A stretch of DNA of 35,322 nucleotides from a virus (taxonomy: Duplodnaviria > Caudoviricetes). Below the pieces are notes generated by a model. The model saw only the letters and a program-made list of their open reading frames with translations, made no database searches and was not told the DNA's origin. This document shows positions 27,253 to 35,145 of this stretch, piece by piece; position 1 is the stretch's first letter, and every line of letters starts with the position of its first letter. Position numbers and translations under genes: made by a program. The DNA is taken from the IMG/VR virus record IMGVR_UViG_3300025392_000291, positions 1 through 35,322 of that record; one strand, 5' to 3'.

Positions 27253-28263
27253 TTAGAGTGAGAGCGAGTTGTAGCCAGTGACCTTAGTCATAGACTTAGG
27301 CTTCGTGGAGACAAGCTCTGCGATGTTGAGGACAGCGCCGACGTAGCCAATTTGCCAGTTAGGCAAAGTTGACTCAAAGCCAGTGAACACGAACTGACCT
27401 TGCTCATGGATGTAGAGCGAGAGATAGTTTGTGTTGAGGAGGTACAATGTACCTTCTGGGCAGTATGGATCTGGGTAGATCGGAACGCCAGCAACCATGA
27501 GAGCGCGGAAAGCAGCTTGTGGGCCGTTTGCGTCGCCGTCAAAGCCATGACCCGGAGTAATGACATATTGTTCTTGACCAACATAATCTTGAGCAAGCAA
27601 TGTCCAAGTACCGAAGCCACAAACACCGAATGTTGGGACTTCAGCGCCCTTCTTAACAGTACCAGAAATGTACTGAAGGACGTTCTGACGGGTTGGGTTG
27701 ACGTTACCTGCGGCATAAACCTTTGACGACCACCAAGGATAAGTCGTGCGGTTAATGTTGCCGTAAGTTGCAACGGTTGTGCCATCGTCAACAGCGGCAG
27801 GCAAGCCTGTGAACTGCTGAGTGTTGCTTGTGTTGTTGTACAGCGCAGTTGCCATCGCGTCCATCATCACGTTCGTCGCGTCGTTCATACGAGCTTCGAT
27901 CAATGGGATAATTGCGTGGTCTTGTTGTACAGCGCCTTCCATGCCGAGGAATGGAACGGGAGCAATCATGAGCTTGAGATCGAACTCAGCATTGAAAGCA
28001 CCTTGCTGAACAGCAGGCTGCGAGAATGAGCCAGAATAATCTGACCATTGAGCATTAACAAATTGAGCGCCTTGAACCGGAACGGTAACAGACGAGACGC
28101 CGCCTGTTGCTGTTTGGCTATTAGCGATCAAAGCTGCCATAAGAGGAGTGCTGTTGTAGATCTGCACAACCATCTTAGGAATAAAGGCACGACGCGTAAC
28201 GTATGTAAGTTCGTTATATTGCGATGTGCCAGCGTTGGGGACTATACCGCCACCAATAGGCAT
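27253..28263 (-). CDS. major capsid protein
   Basis: 336 aa; follows scaffold; FTGL.A.VDD, YGNINR...WW, GVPIYPD..CP.GTLYLLNT; GGAG RBS. Confidence 0.85.
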   Translation of the reverse strand: MPIGGGIVPNAGTSQYNELTYVTRRAFIPKMVVQIYNSTPLMAALIANSQTATGGVSSVTVPVQGAQFVNAQWSDYSGSFSQPAVQQGAFNAEFDLKLMIAPVPFLGMEGAVQQDHAIIPLIEARMNDATNVMMDAMATALYNNTSNTQQFTGLPAAVDDGTTVATYGNINRTTYPWWSSKVYAAGNVNPTRQNVLQYISGTVKKGAEVPTFGVCGFGTWTLLAQDYVGQEQYVITPGHGFDGDANGPQAAFRALMVAGVPIYPDPYCPEGTLYLLNTNYLSLYIHEQGQFVFTGFESTLPNWQIGYVGAVLNIAELVSTKPKSMTKVTGYNSLSL

Positions 28264-28311
28264 TTGACTTCTCCGTTGTTACTAACCGTTTAACTCTGTC
28301 CCCAGTTTCAG

Positions 28312-28857
28312 CTAAAACCCAATGGGCCGTGGATTCTTCCGCAGTTCATTGAGGGCTTTGGCAGCTTCGTCGCGGGCATGGCCCACAGGATTCTTAAAAA
28401 AGCCAGATAAAGTGTTGCGAGCTTGCTCGTTCAAAACATTACGGCTTTCGAAGGCCGATGGTGTTGGAGTAGCTGCTTGCTTCATCCACTTGTAGTATTC
28501 TGCCGCAGTATCGTGATCGTGAATTTTTTTCTCAAGCATCACTTTCTCGACTTCTTCAATTTCTTCTTCAGACTGAATCTTTCCAGTCTTAAGAAGCTTT
28601 TCACGGCGTTCTTTTAAGGAATCCAATGCATCACGCTCACGGAGCTTGCCTTCAAGCTGGTCAACGCGGTTGCGTTCTTCATCCAGCTTACGAGCCATCT
28701 CATCTTTAAGGTCGATTGAATCAATAGTTAAATTCGGACGACGCTTTTTTGTGAGCCTAAGAAACGCCTCTCGGGTTTCTGGATCATCTGAGAGTTCCCT
28801 TGCAAGGAGAGCAAGTTCATCTCGGGCTTCAGGTGTTAGATCTTCGAGAGACGCCAT
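28312..28857 (-). CDS. scaffolding protein
   Basis: Highly charged coiled coil directly upstream of MCP. Confidence 0.65.
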   Translation of the reverse strand: MASLEDLTPEARDELALLARELSDDPETREAFLRLTKKRRPNLTIDSIDLKDEMARKLDEERNRVDQLEGKLRERDALDSLKERREKLLKTGKIQSEEEIEEVEKVMLEKKIHDHDTAAEYYKWMKQAATPTPSAFESRNVLNEQARNTLSGFFKNPVGHARDEAAKALNELRKNPRPIGF

Positions 28858-28877
28858 TTTAATCCCCTATTATAGCG

Positions 28878-29066
28878 TTAGATAACTTTTTTGCCGTCGC
28901 CGGGAGGAACAATCTTATAAATATTGTTCGCAGCGGTCTTTTTAGGGCCAGAAAGCCCACCGAACCGGTCATAGCGAGGTGTATTGGTGATTTGACCATT
29001 TTGTTGCTGGTCTGTGGTTGGATTACGAACCGTACCAGCGCCACGAGGCTTAAATAATTGAGACAT
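28878..29066 (-). CDS. small basic hypothetical head protein (62 aa)
   Basis: ATG 29066 after GGGAG RBS. Confidence 0.65.
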   Translation of the reverse strand: MSQLFKPRGAGTVRNPTTDQQQNGQITNTPRYDRFGGLSGPKKTAANNIYKIVPPGDGKKVI

Positions 29067-29067
29067 C

Positions 29068-29571
29068 TTAGGCTCCCATTGGGGGTGTTGGACCAGCGGG
29101 CGGAGCGCCTGCGGGCATTGGGGGTTGTGCGCCCATTGGACCACCAGCGGGAGCTGGAGGAGGCGCGTTCATCAAACCAAGATTAGGAGGTGCACCTTGC
29201 ATCATCTTTGATGCAGGAGTACCGCCACCAGCTTGAGGAAGATTTTGAAGAAGCTGCATAATTTCAGCTTGCTGAAGCTCATCAGTGCGGGCTTTCTTCT
29301 TGCCAACAAGCGCTGTGAGTGAAGATAAAGCCGACATGACCTTTTTACCTTCGTCGGTTTCAGATCCTAATGCCGGGAGAGTCTGCTCAAGAAGGTCAAG
29401 AGCCATGCTCACATTGACCAGAGCTGCTTCTTTTTTGCCATCTTTAGGCTCAGGCGTTGCCATTGGTGCTGACAGTGGAGGTTGTGACGCAGTCATAGGT
29501 ACGCCGGTCTCTCCAGCGAGATCTGGAGCGCCGCCACCTTGCATTAAAGCCATAATATCTGCATCAGCCAT
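29068..29571 (-). CDS. Pro/Gly/Met-rich hypothetical head-cluster protein
   Basis: AGGTG RBS; helical core with low-complexity ends. Confidence 0.7.
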   Translation of the reverse strand: MADADIMALMQGGGAPDLAGETGVPMTASQPPLSAPMATPEPKDGKKEAALVNVSMALDLLEQTLPALGSETDEGKKVMSALSSLTALVGKKKARTDELQQAEIMQLLQNLPQAGGGTPASKMMQGAPPNLGLMNAPPPAPAGGPMGAQPPMPAGAPPAGPTPPMGA

Positions 29572-29623
29572 TTAACACCTGTTATATGCACCAAATAACA
29601 CACAAAATGTGTTAATTGTAAAG

Positions 29624-29664
29624 TGAGGGGTAGTTTTTTATTCGGTCCCGCCCCTCATCAGGAC
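29624..29664 (-). ncRNA. predicted H-type RNA pseudoknot
   Basis: GUCCUG-A-UGAGGGG-CGGGAC-CGAAUAAAAAACUA-CCCCUCA: S1 6 bp, L1 1 nt, S2 7 bp, A-rich L3. Confidence 0.55.
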
Positions 29665-29696
29665 AGCGCAGTAAACGGGGCTAACCCGTTTATTAG

Positions 29697-29729
29697 TTAG
29701 CGCTTTGCCTTACGACCCTTGCGACGCAT
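29697..29729 (-). CDS. 10-aa basic micropeptide MRRKGRKAKR
   Basis: GGAGG 5 nt before ATG; TAA stop; paralogous to the neighbouring micro-ORF. Confidence 0.7.
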   Translation of the reverse strand: MRRKGRKAKR

Positions 29730-29786
29730 GAACGCCTCCATAGTTAGAATTAAGGATTGGGCGGATGAGCTTACCCCCCGAAGGGA

Positions 29787-29819
29787 TTAGCGCTTATGCT
29801 TACGAGACTTACGAGCCAT
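29787..29819 (-). CDS. 10-aa basic micropeptide MARKSRKHKR
   Basis: GGAGG 6 nt before ATG; TAA stop followed by a C(UUCG)G hairpin. Confidence 0.7.
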   Translation of the reverse strand: MARKSRKHKR

Positions 29820-29856
29820 TGATGGCCTCCATACGTTAAAACGTCCCCAAAACTTT

Positions 29857-29901
29857 TTAGTACCGCTTGCCGCGCCGTGAGCGCTTCATTGACTTGTACA
29901 T
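29857..29901 (-). CDS. 14-aa basic micropeptide MYKSMKRSRRGKRY
   Basis: GAGGT 5 nt before ATG, overlapping the upstream stop codon. Confidence 0.6.
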   Translation of the reverse strand: MYKSMKRSRRGKRY

Positions 29902-29909
29902 TTGACACC

Positions 29910-30074
29910 TCAATAACGCCGTGGTTGGCGAGAATAGGATCGTATGTTTGTACCCGGCGTAGACTGCCGAATATTTGACACACGGTAATCCATAGTAGGG
30001 CTTTTCACGTCTTGCGTCAATTGTCGTGTATCTGCACGAGGTTGGTCACCAACTGTGACTTGTCCTTTAGCCAT
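29910..30074 (-). CDS. 54-aa basic protein MAKGQVTVGDQPRADTRQLTQDVKSPTMDYRVSNIRQSTPGTNIRSYSRQPRRY
   Basis: Start overlaps the portal 3' end; AAGGA upstream; Arg-rich tail. Confidence 0.65.
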   Translation of the reverse strand: MAKGQVTVGDQPRADTRQLTQDVKSPTMDYRVSNIRQSTPGTNIRSYSRQPRRY

Positions 30075-31686
30075 GTTTCTTATCCTTTGCAGGCATGGGC
30101 GTTACATTTCCGCCACCTTGAGGATGATTTTGCTCTGCTTTCTTAAGCCGTTCAAGAAGTTGTTGCTTCATGGGCGGATCGAGCAATTCGATCAGGCTTT
30201 CTTTGTCGATTGCGCCAGCTTTAAACATATTAAAAGCGAGGGAGCGCATATCTTCCATAAAGATCGGGCTGTTTGAGTGCGCGTCAACTTTGACCATATA
30301 ATTCTTGGTAAATTGGTCAGCAATGAACGGCGTTCCATCAATATCTTTGTAATGAGTGTTGTCGTAAGCCTGAATTAGCTTCATGTAGAGAGACGACATC
30401 TTTTCCAAAGCATCTTCAATGTTAAGAGCACGCTTTTTAGCTCGGCTTGAACCGAGTCGCGCAAGCTGGGAGGCGTGACCAGCAGATCTGACGCCTTGCT
30501 CGCCTTTTCCTGACAATACGTTGTTAATGCCTGAAGCTTCTTCAAACATAGCGTCAATTTGGTCGAGTTGAGCATAAAGATCCTGAGGCAATTGAGGAGC
30601 CAAACGCTCGGCTTTAACGCCGGGCATATCAGACGACAGCAAGCCACCCGGACGATTAAGCGCAAAGTCTTTTTCATCCAAAATGCCTGTAAACCCTGAC
30701 AAAAGGGTCGGCGGCGAGACTTGTTTTGACAAAAGCTCAAGAATTTCATTCATGCGCTGGTTGCGGGCGTCCTGCAAAAACATGAGGCGCGAGACTTCAG
30801 ATTGGCCCCAGTAATAATCAGGCATGGGGTTAGGGCAAACCTGAATGAAAGGTGATTCGCCCTTAATGAACATTTCCTCATTGGCGCGGTCATAAATGAC
30901 GACTTGAGGATCGGCTGTTGTCACGACTTGATAGTCTTGGGTTTCATCGTTCCAGACATACAATTCGCACATCTCAACGGTTTCTTCCTCAACCTTGGCC
31001 TTCATGCGGTTATAGCCGTAAAGGTCCATATTGACTGTGCCGTACATCGTGGGATCAACAGCCGAGAGCACAATACGATCAACGCCATCGGGCACATATT
31101 GAGGCTCATGCGCGGTCGTCTGAATCCGCCGCACAATTGAATCACGGTTGGGATGGGCGTAAAGGCGAGCGTAGAGATCTGATTTGGTGATGTAATACCA
31201 GTGCACAAAAGCTTCTTGCCGGTCGGTATAGGCAATGTCCTCGCGCAACACACCAAAATTGGCTGGATCAACATAGTATGGGTTAATTGTGGAGTTATGC
31301 ACAATTAATTTTACAAAGGCCGAGTCATAGACCAATGACCATACGAGGGCTTGCTCAAACACGCGGTCAGCGTTGGAATGATTCCATTCTTCGTTAAGTG
31401 CTTGAGATAGCCGAGGAATTTTCTTGTATTCAGCTTCAGGGGCCGACGCGCCGAGGTTAATGGTAAAGCGCGTTGAGTCGGCGGAATAAAGAAAGGACAC
31501 AAGCTGGTCAATATGAGGGTAGATCTTGTTGTAAAGGGCCGGGGACTTTTCAGGCCCAGACCCAAATGAATAATAAGATCTCAATGACTGGTAATCGGCC
31601 CGACGTGTCTCACGAGAGGTCTGGCATTTGCGGATGAGATCGAGATAAAAATTTTCTCGGTCATCGAGATTTCTTGGAATTCTCAT
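30067..31686 (-). CDS. portal protein
   Basis: 539 aa between TerL and scaffold; YNKIYPHID, SPFIQV...YYWGQSEV, EEASGI..VLSG podoviral portal pattern. Confidence 0.8.
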   Translation of the reverse strand: MRIPRNLDDRENFYLDLIRKCQTSRETRRADYQSLRSYYSFGSGPEKSPALYNKIYPHIDQLVSFLYSADSTRFTINLGASAPEAEYKKIPRLSQALNEEWNHSNADRVFEQALVWSLVYDSAFVKLIVHNSTINPYYVDPANFGVLREDIAYTDRQEAFVHWYYITKSDLYARLYAHPNRDSIVRRIQTTAHEPQYVPDGVDRIVLSAVDPTMYGTVNMDLYGYNRMKAKVEEETVEMCELYVWNDETQDYQVVTTADPQVVIYDRANEEMFIKGESPFIQVCPNPMPDYYWGQSEVSRLMFLQDARNQRMNEILELLSKQVSPPTLLSGFTGILDEKDFALNRPGGLLSSDMPGVKAERLAPQLPQDLYAQLDQIDAMFEEASGINNVLSGKGEQGVRSAGHASQLARLGSSRAKKRALNIEDALEKMSSLYMKLIQAYDNTHYKDIDGTPFIADQFTKNYMVKVDAHSNSPIFMEDMRSLAFNMFKAGAIDKESLIELLDPPMKQQLLERLKKAEQNHPQGGGNVTPMPAKDKKHG

Positions 31687-32141
31687 TTGATCTTCAAACC
31701 TTCAGGATCGCTAAATGTAGCCTTCGGATCAGGCCGTGGTCCGGTGGTCATATTAGCATCTTTTGGATTAAAGCCAACCTGTTCCCCTCGGACGGATCTG
31801 ACAGCGCCGCCTGCCAAGAGATTTTGCATATTAAATTTGGCATCCCCACCCCAGATCGCGGCATCGCCGGCGCGGGGTTCACGGGGGTCGGGCGCGGCAT
31901 TGTTACGCTTGAGATAACCTGTCTGGTGATCGCCCTCGCGGGTCGATTTGATGTCGGTCATCTTATATTCGGCAGCCAAGCCGTTTAATGTTTTGTCGAT
32001 ATTTTTGGTACGTCCAGAGGTCCGTACTGATATAGGACGCAAGAACACCACGTCAATGTCCTCACAACCGTGTTCGCACCGAGGTTCCCATGAGTCGAAA
32101 AAACCATGACGGGGACATTTATAACTTCTGAGAATAGCCAT
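31683..32141 (-). CDS. FmdB-like zinc-ribbon protein
   Basis: N-terminal YKCPRHG..D....CEHGC. Confidence 0.6.
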   Translation of the reverse strand: MAILRSYKCPRHGFFDSWEPRCEHGCEDIDVVFLRPISVRTSGRTKNIDKTLNGLAAEYKMTDIKSTREGDHQTGYLKRNNAAPDPREPRAGDAAIWGGDAKFNMQNLLAGGAVRSVRGEQVGFNPKDANMTTGPRPDPKATFSDPEGLKIK

Positions 32142-32142
32142 T

Positions 32143-32544
32143 TTACTTGCCTTTCATTTTCTCGCCAAGCGAGGGTTGTGAGTAATCCGACTTGTTTCGT
32201 AATCCCACCTTCAGACATAGCTTGCCTCCTTTAAGATCAACTTGCATTGAACGTGCAATGCGTGGCTTGTTCTCCTGACGGTAGATGAGCTTACGAGTTC
32301 TATCTTTATTGTAAACCACGACAACTTCGCCTCTTGCCATGCGCTTGAGGCCGCGGCTGACACGGGTCTGAGTTTCGATGGACATTGGCAAATCTTTTTT
32401 AACAAAGACGTGCTTGAGGGTATGGACGGACATACCGCAAAGTTCAGCAAAGAACGTCCATGACATCGAGCGCTCAGGATCGGCTCTGTAGCGTTCAATC
32501 TGGGCGTAAATTTCTTTCTTTGGAAGTATGTCTTCAATTACCAT
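32143..32544 (-). CDS. HTH-containing protein (133 aa)
   Basis: MSWTFFAELCGMSVHTLKHVF HTH-like; start overlaps the TerL 3' end. Confidence 0.6.
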   Translation of the reverse strand: MVIEDILPKKEIYAQIERYRADPERSMSWTFFAELCGMSVHTLKHVFVKKDLPMSIETQTRVSRGLKRMARGEVVVVYNKDRTRKLIYRQENKPRIARSMQVDLKGGKLCLKVGLRNKSDYSQPSLGEKMKGK

Positions 32545-34300
32545 AGATGCCAAGCTTCTTAAGATATGTTGAGACGTTGCGACCGACGGACAATTGTTCA
32601 GGCGTATAGCTCTCTTGCTGGTGCGATACCTTGCGCGAGATTTGACGCATGATGAGCTTTGGTTGGATCTGTTCTGCAAACGCAACGGCAGCAAGAGCTG
32701 ATGCCATGACTCTGTCATCCTTTGATCTTCCGGGCGCAGCAATGGTTGAACCATCACGACGAATTGATTTCATTTCTTCAAGGAGTTCGAGCGAATGAAC
32801 AATCATCATCTGACGTTCAAAATAATCTTTCATGTAGTTCATCATACGCTCTTTGGTTTGAGATGTTGTCTGAAAACCAATTGCGTTTGAAAGATTGCCG
32901 CCGATGGTGTCGTTACGACGCCAGATATAGTTTGTCATGTGTGAGAGGACGTCCATAAGGTCACGTCCTGTTTGACCGCCTAAGACTGCTGCTTGCCGTT
33001 TGAGATTTCTGAGTTCTTGTATAACAGCCTGTCCGGGGCCGTTAACTTCCAAGTTAAGAGTAGAATTTTTATACGCTCCAGCCAAGTGAGCGATAACCCA
33101 TGCGTACTGATATGCGTTAAGTTCGCTCGTGGCAAACTCCGCAACTTGATCCAACCCGTCTGCGTAACAGCGGTAGACTTGGATACAAAATCGATCTGCC
33201 CAGTCAGACGATCCATAAGCAGGGTCAGCCCCGATGACATAGTAGGCTGTGTCGATTGGTTCTTCCCAGACTTTGAGGGTTGCATTTTGAGGGTTGCTTT
33301 TGAGGACTTCTGTGTCTTGGAAGTTGGCCCCGAAGGCGTAGCGGTACGAGTCATACTTTTTGGATTTAGCGGTTTTAGCGGCATCTGTACACCTTGAGTT
33401 CGAGAAGAAATTAGATCCTGTCATCACGAAAGCATAATCTTCCGTGGGCGGAAATTCTTGATACATCAACGCATCATCTTTGATGCCTTCTTGCAGTTTC
33501 CACCGCCACCACGCCATTTGGCGCGAGTTTATTTCAAAGTTGTAGAGCTTCTTAATATCCCTGTGCCATTCTTTTTCTTCAGCGGTAAGACGCCCGTCCC
33601 AATAGCTTTTGTAGACTTCGCTATCCGCCGGCACGGAGTAAAACTCATTACGCCACCATCCACAAAATATGGCGCGTTGCGTTTTGGCTGTTCGTGCTGT
33701 TTTGTACATATCGTGAAACATATTAAAGCCACGAGCTGTGGATTCGAATATGTAGAGACGGTCAGGATTGGTTTCTGCAAGCGAGGCCAAGAGCGAGGCA
33801 AGTCCTTCTTCATCTCCCCAAGATGATGTCTCTGTACCGTGGAGAAACGTGATAGCTTTGCCGCGTCCCAAAGTTCCCTTCGAGCGTGTGCCTGCGACTT
33901 GATAAAAGAGCCTCGACCTATTCTTGAGAGAGAGCTGGTTTCGGTTATGCGCCAGCATCGGAATTTTATATTCTTTGGGAAGCCCGTCCATATAGTTCGC
34001 CAAGGTGGAGCGAAACATATCTCTGTTTTCTTCAGTGTCCGTTGTAAGTGTCCCTCCCAACCCCGGATTGGTAAAGTGCCAGTAGAGATCGAGAGCGAGG
34101 GAGATAGTTGTAATCCCCAATTGCCGACCCTTAAGGATAACGAAGAAATGACAGTCATTTTCAAGCCCCTTTGCAATTTCTTCCATCACATATTTTTGCG
34201 TACCGAGTAGATGGCCCATTTTCTTCAAGCCCTGCTCTTTTGTCTCGATCTTTAATTGAGAGCAAAACTGGTAAAACTTTTTAAGATCAAATTTACTCAT
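32534..34300 (-). CDS. terL: terminase large subunit
   Basis: Walker A LKGRQLGIT, Walker B FLHGTE, motif III ESTARG, nuclease VIGADPA, LEVNG, KDDRVMA. Confidence 0.93.
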   Translation of the reverse strand: MSKFDLKKFYQFCSQLKIETKEQGLKKMGHLLGTQKYVMEEIAKGLENDCHFFVILKGRQLGITTISLALDLYWHFTNPGLGGTLTTDTEENRDMFRSTLANYMDGLPKEYKIPMLAHNRNQLSLKNRSRLFYQVAGTRSKGTLGRGKAITFLHGTETSSWGDEEGLASLLASLAETNPDRLYIFESTARGFNMFHDMYKTARTAKTQRAIFCGWWRNEFYSVPADSEVYKSYWDGRLTAEEKEWHRDIKKLYNFEINSRQMAWWRWKLQEGIKDDALMYQEFPPTEDYAFVMTGSNFFSNSRCTDAAKTAKSKKYDSYRYAFGANFQDTEVLKSNPQNATLKVWEEPIDTAYYVIGADPAYGSSDWADRFCIQVYRCYADGLDQVAEFATSELNAYQYAWVIAHLAGAYKNSTLNLEVNGPGQAVIQELRNLKRQAAVLGGQTGRDLMDVLSHMTNYIWRRNDTIGGNLSNAIGFQTTSQTKERMMNYMKDYFERQMMIVHSLELLEEMKSIRRDGSTIAAPGRSKDDRVMASALAAVAFAEQIQPKLIMRQISRKVSHQQESYTPEQLSVGRNVSTYLKKLGIYGN

Positions 34301-34736
34301 TTTCTAATTCTTTCATAAAATCTTCATAAGACATATCTTTAATAAAAAATTGTTCTCCAAAAGTATTTGCAGAATGTCCAATTATAAGACCGGGAACATT
34401 ATTGCTTTTATACGGAGTAACAGAATCTATAACAGATTTTCTAATTGAAATTTTAGTTGGACGCTCATCTTCTTTATCAATATGATGGATGCTTCTATAA
34501 AAATTAAGTTCAATAAATTCAGATGATTTATTTTTATCTGACTTGCCCCAGCTAATAATATTCCAAACGCGTTCATGCGCCCAAAACAAAAAGATCTTTG
34601 TAAAGAGTTCAAAAAAGGAAATCGAAAGGGCTATTTCAAATTTGCCGGTAATGACGAACGTCAGGATAAACGTATCGAGCGATCCCGTTATACGCCACGT
34701 CACGGCCTTGATAAGACTGCGATACGACTTGTCCAT
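34293..34736 (-). CDS. DUF2061-domain membrane protein with C-terminal extension
   Basis: RSLIKAVTWRITG...HERVWN..WG; AAGGGGA RBS. Confidence 0.75.
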   Translation of the reverse strand: MDKSYRSLIKAVTWRITGSLDTFILTFVITGKFEIALSISFFELFTKIFLFWAHERVWNIISWGKSDKNKSSEFIELNFYRSIHHIDKEDERPTKISIRKSVIDSVTPYKSNNVPGLIIGHSANTFGEQFFIKDMSYEDFMKELENE

Positions 34737-34752
34737 GTGTCCCCTTTAGATT

Positions 34753-34827
34753 TGGTTGCGGGAGCGTGAATTGCACACGCGATCTTCTGGTTATGAGCCA
34801 GATGAGATACTACTTCTCCACCCCGCG
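34753..34827 (-). tRNA. tRNA-Met(CAT), initiator-type, with encoded CCA
   Basis: CGCGGGG...TCTGG-CTCATAA-CCAGA...GCGTG-TGCAATT-CACGC-TCCCGCA-A-CCA; C1:A72 mismatch; A11:U24. Confidence 0.88.
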
Positions 34828-34831
34828 TTAA

Positions 34832-34915
34832 TCACAATTGCGTGAATATAGCCATGATAACCATCACAGCGATCAGCACCATAACGCCTTCACAAACGTC
34901 TAGGAGAGCCTCCAT
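34832..34915 (-). CDS. small membrane peptide (27 aa, MEALLDVCEGVMVLIAVMVIMAIFTQL)
   Basis: GGAGGT RBS 8 nt before ATG; single hydrophobic helix. Confidence 0.5.
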   Translation of the reverse strand: MEALLDVCEGVMVLIAVMVIMAIFTQL

Positions 34916-35145
34916 ATCCGCAGACCTCCCTCGACCTTGCGGCTGATGAACTTGCGCCCACTCATCCGCGCATAACGCCATACCGCAGCCCTCACAGAGC
35001 TCGCCTCAATCCCAAAGAAGTCATCGTCCGGTATCTCAACCATAAACGAATCACCTTCCTCCATGTCCTTCAAAAAAGGAAACCGAGCGCCAGTATCAAT
35101 CACCAGCCTATCAGGTATCGGTACGTCCTTCTCAATCATAACCAT
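34900..35145 (-). CDS. small phage protein of IEKDVPIP...M..GDSF...RIWR type (putative DNA-binding)
   Basis: Familiar phage motif; GGGGA RBS before ATG 35145. Confidence 0.7.
   Translation of the reverse strand: MVMIEKDVPIPDRLVIDTGARFPFLKDMEEGDSFMVEIPDDDFFGIEASSVRAAVWRYARMSGRKFISRKVEGGLRIWRLS

Noticed and set aside
29640-29662. Hammerhead ribozyme (CUGAUGAG...CGAA on - strand)
   Set aside because: GAAU rather than GAAA, stem II only 2 bp, no stems I/III; the pseudoknot explains the pairing better
29631-29664. preQ1-I riboswitch (UAAAAAACUA tail)
   Set aside because: The loop lacks the conserved UUC ligand-binding residues, and no queuosine genes are nearby
29771-29983. 70-aa ORF from the track
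   Set aside because: No RBS; overlaps better-supported micro-ORFs in other frames
32545-32757. N-terminal extension of the 32143 ORF
   Set aside because: Overlaps the TerL C-terminus; ATG at 32544 fits normal coupling
33830-33855. Walker B FLHGTE as a sign of inactive terminase
   Set aside because: The catalytic Glu is kept and H-x-S/T-E variants occur in this TerL type; other motifs are intact
33529-34176. 215-aa and other alternative-frame or antisense ORFs within terL, portal, capsid and tail genes
   Set aside because: Shadow ORFs of well-supported genes, with no motifs or RBS
34753-34827. tRNA as prophage attachment site
   Set aside because: No integrase, no duplicated 3' fragment, no flanking host genes
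279-35145. Stop-codon reassignment
   Set aside because: Core genes are intact and densely packed under the standard code
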